Positions 19,117-28,702 of a DNA stretch of 64,000 bases are shown one piece after another (position 1 is the first letter of the stretch; every line of letters begins with the position of its first letter). The stretch lies in NCBI GenBank assembly GCA_041613315.1, contig JBFJHJ010000014.1, positions 1 to 64,000 on the forward strand, read 5' to 3'. Under the pieces are notes generated by a model, which saw nothing but the letters and a program-made list of their open reading frames with translations, ran no database searches and was not told the origin of the DNA. The translations under genes were made by a program, and so were the position numbers. This DNA comes from Gemmatimonadales bacterium. GTDB lineage: Bacteria > Gemmatimonadota > Gemmatimonadetes > Gemmatimonadales > GWC2-71-9.

Positions 19117-20409
19117 ATGCAGCTCTATACCAAGATTTCCATCGGCCTAATTGCGGGCGCGATCGTCGGCGTCGGGGTCAACCTCCTCGGCTGGGCGGAC
19201 GGCATCAAGGTGGTGCAAGCGCTCCAGCCTGTCGGCGACGCGTTCATCAAAGCCATCACCATGATTGTGATCCCCTTGGTCGTGGCGAGCCTCATCGTCG
19301 GGGTCGCCAGCCTGGGCGACCTGCGAGCGCTGGGCCGAATGGGCGGCAAGACGATCGCCTATTACCTGTGCACCACGGCCATCGCCGTCACGATCGGGAT
19401 CGTCCTGTCGAACATCATCCGGCCGGGGGCCCGCGTCGCTCAGGAGTCCAAGGACGCGTTGCTCGCCGCGTACGGCGGGCAGGCCGAGGGGAGCATCGAG
19501 CTGGCGCAGAGAGCGCCGAGCATCGTGGACATGCTCTTGAGCATGATCCCATCCAACCCCATCGAGGCGGCGGCACGAGGCGACATGCTCCCGCTGATCA
19601 TCTTCACCATCCTGTTCGGTGCCGCGGCCTCGATGCTGAGCCCGGACAAGAAGCAGGCGTTCGTGGGCTTCTTCGAGGGCGTGAACGAGGTCTCGATGGT
19701 CGTCATCCACTGGATCATGCTGGTCGCGCCCTATGCCGTGTTCGCGCTCATTGCGGCCGTCACCGCCCGGTTCGGCTTCGACATCCTGAAGAGCCTCCTC
19801 GTCTATAGTCTGACGGTGGTGCTGGGCTTACTCTTGCACGCCTACGGAACGTACGCCCTGTCGGTGCGGTTTCTCGGCCGGCTGAATCCCCTGGACTTCT
19901 ATCGCCGCATCCGCGAGGCGCAGATCCTGGCGTTCTCGACGTCGAGCTCGAACGCGACACTCCCCGTCACGATTCAGGTTGCCGAGACCAAGCTGGGTGC
20001 CTCCACCCGGGTCGCGGGCTTCGTGCTCCCACTGGGCGCCACCATCAATATGGACGGGACGGGGCTGTACCAGGGGGTGGCGGTGATGTTCATCGCCCAG
20101 GTGTTCGGGATCGACCTCCACTGGACGGCCCAGCTCACCGTCGTCCTCACCGCCACGCTAGCCTCTGTTGGCGCCGCCGGTGTGCCAAGCGCGGGGATCA
20201 TCACGTTGGCCCTGGTGCTGCAGCAGGCCAACGTGCCGGAAACAGGCATCGCCCTCATCCTGGGCGTGGACCGTATCCTGGACATGCTGCGCACGGCCGT
20301 CAACGTGACGGGCGATCTCTCCGCGGCGGCCTTCGTCGCCCGCAGCGAGAACGAGCTCGTGCTGGAGATCGCGCCGAGCATCGTGCGGGCAGAGAGCACG
20401 GCGGCCTGA
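19117..20409 (+). CDS. Dicarboxylate/amino acid:cation symporter (DAACS)
   Basis: AFSTSSSNATLP, GATINMDG and DRILDMLRT motifs. Confidence 0.94.
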   Translation: MQLYTKISIGLIAGAIVGVGVNLLGWADGIKVVQALQPVGDAFIKAITMIVIPLVVASLIVGVASLGDLRALGRMGGKTIAYYLCTTAIAVTIGIVLSNIIRPGARVAQESKDALLAAYGGQAEGSIELAQRAPSIVDMLLSMIPSNPIEAAARGDMLPLIIFTILFGAAASMLSPDKKQAFVGFFEGVNEVSMVVIHWIMLVAPYAVFALIAAVTARFGFDILKSLLVYSLTVVLGLLLHAYGTYALSVRFLGRLNPLDFYRRIREAQILAFSTSSSNATLPVTIQVAETKLGASTRVAGFVLPLGATINMDGTGLYQGVAVMFIAQVFGIDLHWTAQLTVVLTATLASVGAAGVPSAGIITLALVLQQANVPETGIALILGVDRILDMLRTAVNVTGDLSAAAFVARSENELVLEIAPSIVRAESTAA

Positions 20410-20535
20410 CGGGCGGACAGGCGGTCGGGCGGACGGGCGGTCCGTCAGGCAGTCGGTTCCGGCGAACGCGGCCCACAACCCGCCCTCAGGTCCGCCTCCG
20501 CGATGTCCCCTGTCCGGCCGCCCGTCCGCCGACCA
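20410..20535. repeat. GGCGGWCR-type 8-bp-unit inverted repeat element
   Basis: gggcggacaggcggtcgggcggacgggcggtc ... ctgtccggccgcccgtccgccgacc. Confidence 0.7.
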
Positions 20536-20582
20536 TCGCCACTTGGCGGCGCTTCGTGTAACCGTCTATATTTGAAGGCTAT

Positions 20583-21989
20583 ATGTTTGCCGTCCTGTCC
20601 GAGAACCTCGCGGCGGCGCTCCGGACGCTCACCGGCCGCGGCGTGCTCACGGACGCGGCGATCAAAGACGGGCTGCGCGAGATCCGGCGCGTGCTCCTCG
20701 AGGCCGACGTCAGCTACGAGGTCGCCAAGGCCTTCATGGAGCAGGTGCGCCAGAAGGCGGTGGGACTCGAGACCGTCAAGGCGGTGAACCCCGGCGAGCA
20801 GCTCGTGAAGATCGTGCACGACGAGCTGGTGGCGCTCCTCGGGGAGCGGCGCGCGCCGCTGGCGTTCGCATCGGTGGGACCCACGGTGGTGTTGCTCGTA
20901 GGGCTCCAGGGCTCGGGGAAGACGACCACCGCGGCCAAGGTGGCCGCCCGGCTCAAGAAGGAGCAGAAGGCGCCGTTCCTCGTGGCGGCCGACGTGTACC
21001 GGCCGGCCGCTGAGGTGCAGCTCAAGCAACTGGCGGAACGGGTCGGGGTTGGCTGCTTCGGGCCATCCGACGTCGGCGGACAGGCGGACGGACAGACGGT
21101 CGGTCAGTCAGACCTTCCGGCGGCCCGACCGTCCGACCGCCCGACCGCCGGGCGAGCGGGGGTGGTGGAACTTGTGCGGGAGGGGATCGCGGCAGCGGGG
21201 CGGGCGCGGGCGCGCACCGTGCTCGTGGACACGGCGGGGCGGCTCCAGATCGACGGGGCGATGATGTCCGAGCTCGCCGACCTCAAGGCGGCGGTCGAGC
21301 CCCGGGAGATCCTCCTCGTCGCGGACGCGATGACCGGGCAGGATGCGGTGCGGATCGCGCGCGGGTTCCACGAGGCCCTGGGGATCACGGGGGTCATTCT
21401 CACGAAGCTGGACGGCGACGCGCGTGGCGGCGCAGCGCTCTCGATCCACGAGGTGACGGGCGCGCCGATCAAGTACGTCGGGGTGGGGGAGGGGACGGAC
21501 GCGCTCGAGGCGTTCGACCCGCCGCGCATGGCCGGACGGATTCTGCAGCAGGGGGATCTGGTCGGGCTGGTGGAGCGGGCGCAGGAGGCCGTGAGCGCGG
21601 AGGGTGCGGAGCGGCTCGCGCGCAAGGCGGCCTCCAAGAAGGGCATGGACCTGGAGGACTTTCTCTCGGCCATGCGGCAGATCCAGCGGATGGGGCCGGT
21701 GTCGGGGCTGCTGGGGCTCGTGCCCGGGGTGAACGCGAAAGCGATCAAGCAGGCGAAGGCGGACCCCCGTCGGCTCAAGCACGTCGAGGCGATCATCCTC
21801 TCGATGACGCCCGCGGAGCGACGGCGCCCGGAGCTGCTCAATGGGTCGCGACGGGCGCGCATTGCCCGGGGCGCGGGCCGGCCGGTGCAGGAGGTCAACG
21901 CGCTCCTGAAGCAGTTTCAGCAGATGCGGAAGATGATGAAAGGGATGGGCCGATTCGGCCCGTTCGGAACGCTGCAGTCACCAAGGTAG
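20583..21989 (+). CDS. ffh: Signal recognition particle protein Ffh, with an in-frame repeat insertion
   Basis: GLQGSGKTTT, DTAGR, TKLDGDARGG and M-domain SMTPAER; precedes rpsP. Confidence 0.96.
   Translation: MFAVLSENLAAALRTLTGRGVLTDAAIKDGLREIRRVLLEADVSYEVAKAFMEQVRQKAVGLETVKAVNPGEQLVKIVHDELVALLGERRAPLAFASVGPTVVLLVGLQGSGKTTTAAKVAARLKKEQKAPFLVAADVYRPAAEVQLKQLAERVGVGCFGPSDVGGQADGQTVGQSDLPAARPSDRPTAGRAGVVELVREGIAAAGRARARTVLVDTAGRLQIDGAMMSELADLKAAVEPREILLVADAMTGQDAVRIARGFHEALGITGVILTKLDGDARGGAALSIHEVTGAPIKYVGVGEGTDALEAFDPPRMAGRILQQGDLVGLVERAQEAVSAEGAERLARKAASKKGMDLEDFLSAMRQIQRMGPVSGLLGLVPGVNAKAIKQAKADPRRLKHVEAIILSMTPAERRRPELLNGSRRARIARGAGRPVQEVNALLKQFQQMRKMMKGMGRFGPFGTLQSPR
21074..21150. repeat. 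GGCGGWCR-type palindromic element inside ffh
   Basis: cggcggacaggcggacggacagacggtcgg ... ccgaccgtccgaccgcccgaccgccg. Confidence 0.8.
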
Positions 21990-21993
21990 GGAC

Positions 21994-22269
21994 ATGGCTA
22001 CACGCATTCGTTTGCGCCGCGTCGGCCGCAAGGGGCAGCCGGAGTACCGCATCGTCGTGGCAGAGCGCAGCGACGCTCGCGAAGGGCGATTCATCGAGAC
22101 CCTGGGGCACTACAACCCCCGGGCGACGCCGATGGTGTTGACGGTCGACGCCGAGCGGGCGCGGGCCTGGCTGGCCAAAGGCGCCACGCCGTCGGATACC
22201 GTCCGCTCGCTGCTCAAGAAAGCCGGCGTGTTCAGCGCGGCCGGCGTCGCTCCGCCCGCGTCGGAGTAA
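21994..22269 (+). CDS. rpsP: 30S ribosomal protein S16
   Basis: IRLRRVGRK..YRIVV, GRFIETLGHYNP and GATPSDTV. Confidence 0.97.
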   Translation: MATRIRLRRVGRKGQPEYRIVVAERSDAREGRFIETLGHYNPRATPMVLTVDAERARAWLAKGATPSDTVRSLLKKAGVFSAAGVAPPASE

Positions 22270-22276
22270 GAGTCGG

Positions 22277-22801
22277 GTGGCGGACGCCGCCTACCTCGCG
22301 GTGGCGCGCCTCCGCAAGCCGCACGGCCTCAAAGGTGAGGTCGTCGTGTGGACCCTGACGGACGACCCGGAACGCGTGCTCGTGGCGGGCTGCCGGCTGA
22401 CGCCGGTGGACGACGACGGGCGGCCGCTGGGCCCGGCACTGGAAGTCGAGCGGGGGCGCCCGTACCAGCGGCAGTGGCTGATCAAATTCCGGGACGTGGA
22501 CGATCGGAACGTGCTCGACGGCTGGCGCCAGCGCCTGTTCGGCGTGCCGCTGGCCGAGTTGTCGCCGCTGGGCGAGGAAGAGCTGTACCGCCACGAGATC
22601 TCGGGGGTGCGGGTCCTCGTGCGGGGCGTGGAAGTCGGCGTGGCCAAGGATCTCGTCGAGATCCCAGGCGGGACACTCTTGGTGGTGGATGTCGAGGGGC
22701 GTGAGGTGCTGGTGCCGTTCCAGCGGCCGATCGTCCGGCGGATCGACCGCGAAGCGCGTCGCATCGAGCTGGATCCGCCGCAAGGTCTGCTGGAGCTGTG
22801 A
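22277..22801 (+). CDS. rimM: Ribosome maturation factor RimM
   Basis: KPHGLKGEV and EVLVPF; conserved synteny. Confidence 0.93.
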   Translation: MADAAYLAVARLRKPHGLKGEVVVWTLTDDPERVLVAGCRLTPVDDDGRPLGPALEVERGRPYQRQWLIKFRDVDDRNVLDGWRQRLFGVPLAELSPLGEEELYRHEISGVRVLVRGVEVGVAKDLVEIPGGTLLVVDVEGREVLVPFQRPIVRRIDREARRIELDPPQGLLEL

Positions 22802-23514
22802 AGGTGCTCCGGATCAACGTGGTGACGCTGTTTCCGGAGATCTTTGCGGTGCCGCTCGCCACGAGCATCCCGGGGCGGGCGGCCCGGGCGAGGCGGGTCG
22901 AGTACCGGGTCGTGAACCTGCGCGACTACACGCACGACCGGCACGACACGGTGGACGACTACGCGTACGGCGGCGGGGCCGGCATGGTACTCAAGCCCGA
23001 GCCGTTCTTCGAGGCGCTGGACGACCTGGCGCCGGAGCCGCCGGTCGTGCTGCTGTCGGCCCGAGGTCGGCGGTTCCGACACGAGGAGGCGGTGCGCTAC
23101 AGCCTGGCGCGCGAGCTGACGCTCCTCTGCGGGCACTACAAGGATGTGGACGCGCGTGTGGCGCTGCGTGAGGGGGTCGAGGAGGTCGCCGTCGGCGACT
23201 TCGTGATGAGCGGTGGTGAGGTGGCCGCGCTCGCCGTGATCGACGCCGTCGTCCGGCTCCTGCCGGGCGCGCTGGGCGATCACGAGTCGGCGGCGAGTGA
23301 TTCGTTCTACGAGGGGCTGTTGAGCCCACCTAGCTTCACGCGCCCGCCCGAGTATCGCGGGCTCAAGGTCCCCGAGGTACTGTTGAGCGGGGACCACGAA
23401 CGGATCGCGGCGTGGCGGCGGGCGGAGGCCGAACGATTGACTCGCGAGCGGCGCCCGGATCTCTGGGCACGCTATCAACAGGAACTGGGGGCCGACGGGC
23501 CCGACGCAGAGTGA
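22798..23514 (+). CDS. trmD: tRNA (guanine37-N1)-methyltransferase
   Basis: [25 protein letters not shown] and [10 protein letters not shown]. Confidence 0.96.
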   Translation: MKVLRINVVTLFPEIFAVPLATSIPGRAARARRVEYRVVNLRDYTHDRHDTVDDYAYGGGAGMVLKPEPFFEALDDLAPEPPVVLLSARGRRFRHEEAVRYSLARELTLLCGHYKDVDARVALREGVEEVAVGDFVMSGGEVAALAVIDAVVRLLPGALGDHESAASDSFYEGLLSPPSFTRPPEYRGLKVPEVLLSGDHERIAAWRRAEAERLTRERRPDLWARYQQELGADGPDAE

Positions 23515-23521
23515 GGAAACG

Positions 23522-23869
23522 ATGAACCGGTTGGAAGCGTTGGAGCGCGAGGGCCTGAAGACCGATGTTCCACCGTTCCGGCCCGGCGACACCCTGCGGG
23601 TGGCGGTGCGGGTGCGGGAAGGCGACAAGGAACGGCTCCAAGCGTTCGAGGGCGTCTGCATCGCGCGGCGGGGTGGCGGTGTCAACGAGACGTTCACGGT
23701 GCGGAAGGTCTCAGGCGGGGTCGGTGTCGAGCGGGTATTCCCGCTCCACTCACCCAGCGTCGCGCAGATCGAGGTCGTTCGGCCGGGTCAGGTTCGCCGG
23801 GCGAAGCTCTACTATCTGCGTGAGCTGGCGGGCAAGGCCGCGCGGATCCGGGAGCGGCAAGAGCCCTGA
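23522..23869 (+). CDS. rplS: 50S ribosomal protein L19
   Basis: [16 protein letters not shown] and [10 protein letters not shown]. Confidence 0.97.
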   Translation: MNRLEALEREGLKTDVPPFRPGDTLRVAVRVREGDKERLQAFEGVCIARRGGGVNETFTVRKVSGGVGVERVFPLHSPSVAQIEVVRPGQVRRAKLYYLRELAGKAARIRERQEP

Positions 23870-23870
23870 C

Positions 23871-24488
23871 GTGCCCCGCCCGACGCTGCGGCGCGAACGC
23901 GCGCTCTGGGCGAAGGGCATCGAGGTCGTCGCCGGTCTGGATGAGGTGGGGCGCGGGCCGCTGGCGGGACCGGTCGTGGCGGCGGTGGTGGTGTTCGCGC
24001 CGGGCCAGCGCGCCATCCGCGGGCTTCGGGACTCGAAGGAGCTGACGGCGCCGGCGCGGGAAGCGATGGCCGACGTCATTCGCGCTCGGGCCCGAGCGTA
24101 CGGGCTGGGTGCGGCGTCGGTCCGCGAGATCAATCGGATCAATATCCGGCGGGCGACCGCGTTGGCCATGCGCCGCGCGCTCGCCCGCCTCCCCGTTGCC
24201 CCTCAGCACATCCTGATCGACGGCACGGCGCTCCCCGAGCTGAACGCGCCCCACGAGCCACTGGTGCACGGGGATGCCCGCTGCCAATCCATCGCCGCCG
24301 CCTCCGTCCTCGCCAAATGCGTCCGCGACCGTCTCATGGTCCTCCTCGCCCGCCGCTATCCGGCGTTCTGCTGGGATCGCAACAAGGGGTACGCGACGCC
24401 CCAACACCTCGACGCCCTGAGCGACGTCGGACTCACGCCGCATCACCGCACCACCTTCCTGCCCGTGGCGCAGTTGTCGTTGTTCTGA
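23871..24488 (+). CDS. rnhB: Ribonuclease HII
   Basis: GLDEVGRGPLAGPV, DSK, IAAASVLAK and KGY. Confidence 0.96.
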   Translation: MPRPTLRRERALWAKGIEVVAGLDEVGRGPLAGPVVAAVVVFAPGQRAIRGLRDSKELTAPAREAMADVIRARARAYGLGAASVREINRINIRRATALAMRRALARLPVAPQHILIDGTALPELNAPHEPLVHGDARCQSIAAASVLAKCVRDRLMVLLARRYPAFCWDRNKGYATPQHLDALSDVGLTPHHRTTFLPVAQLSLF

Positions 24489-24745
24489 GGCTCACCACGC
24501 CACGCTGATCGCGGTACGGAGGTCAGGCCGTAAGCCCGCAAAGGGACGCGGGTGCGCGTTCGCCTCGAACGGTCCCGACCGTTATATCTGGAGTCGACCC
24601 CATCCAGCGAATCGCTCAGAGTCGAGGACGGCGGAATCGCCGCCGCCGATCGGCGGGCTCTCTCGTCAGGGCACGACATCGGGTGTGGCGGGCCACCAGG
24701 TGTGGATCGTCGCCGATGCCGGTCATTCAGAAAGGATGTGCCACC

Positions 24746-25315
24746 ATGAGAATCCGAACACAGGTTTCCGTGTTGGCGGCCGTGGCCGCCATGGGCTGTG
24801 CTCCGGATAGTCCAGTCGCGATCGACCAACAGATGGTCCTGTCGCGGACGGTCAAGATGGTCCCGGCCAAAGGACAGCACACGAACGAGCGGGTACCGGT
24901 AGTTGGTGATCCGTGCCCCGACGGTGCCGTGGCTACCGCGGCCGTCGGCAGCGGTATTGGGAGCCACCTGGGCCGCTATACGCTCGAGTCGTTGAGCTGC
25001 GGCGTAGTGACAGGCCTCGGGACGTTTGCGTTTGTGAGCTCTGAAATCACCTGGACCGCCGCCAACGGTGACAAGATCTCGTGGGGCCTGGATCTCACCG
25101 TTCCCAACGTGGGGGTCGTCGACTTTGGCAGTCTCCCTCTTCTTCCGTTTACCTGGATGGGAGAGTACGACGTTGTGGCCGGGACGGGGAGATTCGAGGG
25201 TGCGACGGGGCATATGGCCCAAGAGGTTACTGGCGACCTGACCCTCCCTCGAGGTGAAGCCAGTTGGGAGGGCACCATCTCCTCCCCCGGATCGATCAAG
25301 TGGGCGAACCCCTAG
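24746..25315 (+). CDS. Hypothetical lipoprotein
   Basis: RBS AAAGGA; lipobox AMGC; GTGRFEGATG motif. Confidence 0.7.
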   Translation: MRIRTQVSVLAAVAAMGCAPDSPVAIDQQMVLSRTVKMVPAKGQHTNERVPVVGDPCPDGAVATAAVGSGIGSHLGRYTLESLSCGVVTGLGTFAFVSSEITWTAANGDKISWGLDLTVPNVGVVDFGSLPLLPFTWMGEYDVVAGTGRFEGATGHMAQEVTGDLTLPRGEASWEGTISSPGSIKWANP

Positions 25316-25321
25316 TCACGT

Positions 25322-25403
25322 TGGCTGCCGACCGACCACGAGCGGACGGGAGCGGAGCGGGACAGGCGGTTGGGCGGACGGGCGGTTGGGCGGACGGGCA
25401 GTC
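25322..25403. repeat. GGCGGWYG 8-bp tandem repeat between convergent genes
   Basis: gacaggcggttgggcggacgggcggttgggcggacgggcagtc. Confidence 0.7.
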
Positions 25404-25439
25404 CATGCTTCCCTTCAGTCCGATGGTCAGCGGCGCGGC

Positions 25440-26453
25440 CTAGGCCCGCCGGAGGGAGTCGGCGCGGGCGCGCATGTCGCTGGCCCGCGTCGTGGAGCCG
25501 AGCGCGTCGAGGGCTTCGGACGCGACGAGAAACTCGCCCGCCGCGTCCTCGGTGCGGTGCATGAGGCGGTACAGTTCTCCCATGTCCCGCCGCGCTTCCG
25601 CCACGAACCACGGGTTCTGGAGTCGCTCGACGATCGCCAGACCCTGACGCCCCAACTCTTCCGCGAGGGGGAACGCCCCTTCGAGGCGGCCGATCACGGC
25701 GAGGATCCGGAGGGCGTCCGCCTCCCCGAGGTCGTCGCCCTCCGCGCGGGCGAGTTCGAGGGCGCGCTGCACCTGGGCGCGCGCCAGGAGGCGGTCGCCT
25801 TCGTACGCCAGCGTCTCGCCCCGGGCGCTGAGGGAGGCGCCGATCAAGCGGTCGTTGGCGTCTCGCTGCGCGATTTCCAACGCGCGATCCGCCGCCTCGC
25901 GGGACGCGGCCAGATCCCCCCGATCACGCCACACGTTCGCCGTGTTGATCCAGCCCATCGCGAGCCCGGGCCAGGAGGGGATCTTCTCGAAGGTGGACGT
26001 CGCCAGCCGGTACAGGCTGAGCGCGGTCGTGTGCTGGGCCAGGTAGTACGCGACGTTCCCCAGGTTGTTGGCACAGTGTCCCGTCATCATGTCGTCGGAG
26101 AGCTCGGTCGCCATTCGCAGTGCGCGACTGAACCCCTGCTCCGCCTCGCGCAGCTCACCCAGGGCAAAGGCGCCCGCCGCCGCCACGTTCTCCGCACGCA
26201 TCTCACCGTCCACGTCGCCCAACGCACGGAAGCGGTCCCGCGCCTGGAGCGCCGCGGCGCGGCTGCGGGCGAACTCGCCGAGCCGCCAGCCGGCCATCGC
26301 CGCGAGCAGCTGGCCTTCGGCCGAGGCGCGCGTCTCGGGCGACACGCGCTCGAGCGCCTGCGACGCCTCCCGGAAGCGCCCGGCCTTCACGGCGCGCCGC
26401 GCATCCCGCAAGGGGTCGTTCAAGTGGGGCGAGCCCGTCTGGGTGATCGTCAT
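25440..26453 (-). CDS. Tetratricopeptide-repeat protein
   Basis: Recurrent helical repeats (NNLGNVAYY, A..RAL.LA); overlaps the activator stop. Confidence 0.8.
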   Translation of the reverse strand: MTITQTGSPHLNDPLRDARRAVKAGRFREASQALERVSPETRASAEGQLLAAMAGWRLGEFARSRAAALQARDRFRALGDVDGEMRAENVAAAGAFALGELREAEQGFSRALRMATELSDDMMTGHCANNLGNVAYYLAQHTTALSLYRLATSTFEKIPSWPGLAMGWINTANVWRDRGDLAASREAADRALEIAQRDANDRLIGASLSARGETLAYEGDRLLARAQVQRALELARAEGDDLGEADALRILAVIGRLEGAFPLAEELGRQGLAIVERLQNPWFVAEARRDMGELYRLMHRTEDAAGEFLVASEALDALGSTTRASDMRARADSLRRA

Positions 26454-27787
26454 GCCTCGTCCCCGTCGGTCCTGTCGAGGAGCCGCTGCAGCCGGGCGCG
26501 CGAGACGCCGAGCTGGCGGGCGGCCGCGCTCTTGTTCCCTTGGTTTCGTTCCAGCGTGGTGCGCGCGGCTGCCGCCTGGATCTCGTCGAGCGTAGCCGGG
26601 AAGGGGATCCCGCCCGTCGTCGTCGTCGCGCCGGGGACGATCTTCGGGATGAGGTGCCGCGGATCGAGCGTTCCCGGCGCGGAGAGCAGGAGCGCCCGCT
26701 CGATCGCGTGCCGTAGCTCTCGCACGTTGCCGGGCCAGGGGTGCCGCCGCAGCGCCGTCTTGACCTCGGGCGTGAGCCCAGGCACCGGGAGCTTGTACCG
26801 CGCGGCCAGCGACGTGGCGAACGCGCTTGCCAACAGCTCCACATCGTCGCCGCGCTCCCGCAAGCCCGGCAGGCGGAGCGTGATGACGTTCAGACGGTAG
26901 TACAGATCCTCGCGGAACTCCCCGCGCCGCACCGCTTCCGCCAGATCGACATGGCTCGCGACGATGATCCGGACGTCCACCTCGCGGGTCTGGGTCGCGC
27001 CCACGCGGCGGATCCGACCCTCTTCCACTGCCCGCAGGAGCTTGCCCTGGAGTGGCAGCGGCAGGTGCCCGATCTCGTCGAGGAACAGCGTGCCGCCGTT
27101 GGCCTCCTCGAAGAGGCCCGGCTTGGCCGCGTGCGCGTCGGTGAACGCTCCTCGTTCGTGCCCGAACAGCTCGCTCTCCATCAGCTCGGACGGGATCGCC
27201 GCGCAGTTGACGGCGAGGAACCGGCTGCCGGCCCGAGGGCTCGCGTCGTGCAGCGCGTGGGCGAGGAGCTCCTTCCCGGTGCCGGTCTCACCTTGGATCA
27301 AGACGGTCACGGCGCCGTGCGGCGCGACGCGCCGCGCTTCGTCGAGCGCGGCGGTGAGCGCGTCGCTCGCGCCCAGGAGCGTGTCGAACGGATCGGCCAC
27401 CGCGCGGCCCGCGCCCGACGAGCGGCGACGCTCGCGGGCGACCTCGGCCCGCGCGCCGATGGTCCGCCGCAGAAGGTCCAGGTCCCCGGGGAGCGCGAAA
27501 TAGTCGTCGGCCCCGCGCCGGACCGCCTCGACGGCGAAGCGGTGCGACGGGCGCGCGCCCACGAGATAGACCGGCGACCCGTCCGGCCGGCGCACCGAGC
27601 GCAGCATGTCCAGCCCGCGATCCTCCTCGCCACCGGCCGCGAGGACGATGGCGAACGTCCCGGGGGCCGGCGGCTCGTCCGGTCCGACCCGGACGTGCTC
27701 GATCGCGAGTTCGTCGGCGAGATCGCTCCACGCCGCTCGGAAGGACTCCGAGAGCTCAATCACGGCGAGCGTCGGCGCGGCGGCCAC
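26450..27787 (-). CDS. Sigma54-dependent activator (NtrC-like) with degenerate receiver domain and Fis HTH
   Basis: GETGTGKE, ESELFGHERGAFTDA, FLDEI, FREDLYYRL, WPGNVREL and GNKSAAARQLG. Confidence 0.93.
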   Translation of the reverse strand: MAAAPTLAVIELSESFRAAWSDLADELAIEHVRVGPDEPPAPGTFAIVLAAGGEEDRGLDMLRSVRRPDGSPVYLVGARPSHRFAVEAVRRGADDYFALPGDLDLLRRTIGARAEVARERRRSSGAGRAVADPFDTLLGASDALTAALDEARRVAPHGAVTVLIQGETGTGKELLAHALHDASPRAGSRFLAVNCAAIPSELMESELFGHERGAFTDAHAAKPGLFEEANGGTLFLDEIGHLPLPLQGKLLRAVEEGRIRRVGATQTREVDVRIIVASHVDLAEAVRRGEFREDLYYRLNVITLRLPGLRERGDDVELLASAFATSLAARYKLPVPGLTPEVKTALRRHPWPGNVRELRHAIERALLLSAPGTLDPRHLIPKIVPGATTTTGGIPFPATLDEIQAAAARTTLERNQGNKSAAARQLGVSRARLQRLLDRTDGDEA

Positions 27788-27822
27788 GTTAGGTCGCGCG
27801 CGGGCGGGCGGCCGTCATCGAT

Positions 27823-28584
27823 CTAATCCCGACCGCCGTCACGGTCCGGATCCTCGAACGCCTCGATGGACCGGATGATGTTGTCGCGGACCAGGTTCTC
27901 GTACATCTCACCCTTGTTGGCCAGCGCCGGATCCACGAGGTCGCCGTCCGCGTCGCGAAACCAGCCGTTGACAGCCACGAACACGGTCACGTTCGTGGTG
28001 GTCTGCTCGCTGATGAGGAGCACCGGGACGAGGGCCAGCTCCTGGCTCGCGTTGAGATCCGTCAGATAGGCGAACGGCGTCCCGTTGTACTTCCCGCGCA
28101 CGCGAATCGAGACGTTGCCGAAATCCGGGTACGCCGCGATGAACGCCTGGTCCCTTGGGTCGCTGTCATCGGGCTTGTGAATATCGAACTCGATCTCGTC
28201 GTACAGGCCCGCGGGCACCAGGACGGCGAACTTGACGTCCGCGCCCGGATCGAGTGGCAGCTCCACCAGCACCGGCCCGAGCTCGACGTCCTCGCAGCCG
28301 GCGGGCTCGGGGTCCACGTTGCACGCGGCGGTCTCGACCCGCTTGAGCTGGATCTCCCGAACCACGATCTCGACGCTCTCGACAATCAATTCATTGGCTT
28401 GCGCGTCGGTCAGGGTGTCGTCCAGCGCCACGACCGGTGCGGTCGTGACCGCCGGTGCCGGGCTCGTCACCGCGCTTCGAGTGGCAAAGGACACCTGCAC
28501 GCCGCCCCGCAGCCCGGGGTTCGCGTCGCCGCACGCTGCGAGTCCTAGCGCGGTCGCGAGGCCCAGTACAGTCCAGAAACGCAT
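27823..28584 (-). CDS. DUF4382-like lipoprotein
   Basis: Lipobox LAAC; paralogous to 29742 and 30867; ends AFEDPDRDGGRD. Confidence 0.75.
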   Translation of the reverse strand: MRFWTVLGLATALGLAACGDANPGLRGGVQVSFATRSAVTSPAPAVTTAPVVALDDTLTDAQANELIVESVEIVVREIQLKRVETAACNVDPEPAGCEDVELGPVLVELPLDPGADVKFAVLVPAGLYDEIEFDIHKPDDSDPRDQAFIAAYPDFGNVSIRVRGKYNGTPFAYLTDLNASQELALVPVLLISEQTTTNVTVFVAVNGWFRDADGDLVDPALANKGEMYENLVRDNIIRSIEAFEDPDRDGGRD

Positions 28585-28702
28585 AGCATCTGCTCCTACC
28601 GTTGGCATGATGAGGCGACCCGGCCGGGCGCCCGAACGGGGGCCGGGTTTGAGTATAACCCGGTCCCCCGCGGGTGCAGTGGTGGTGACGCCTCGCTGTC
28701 CG

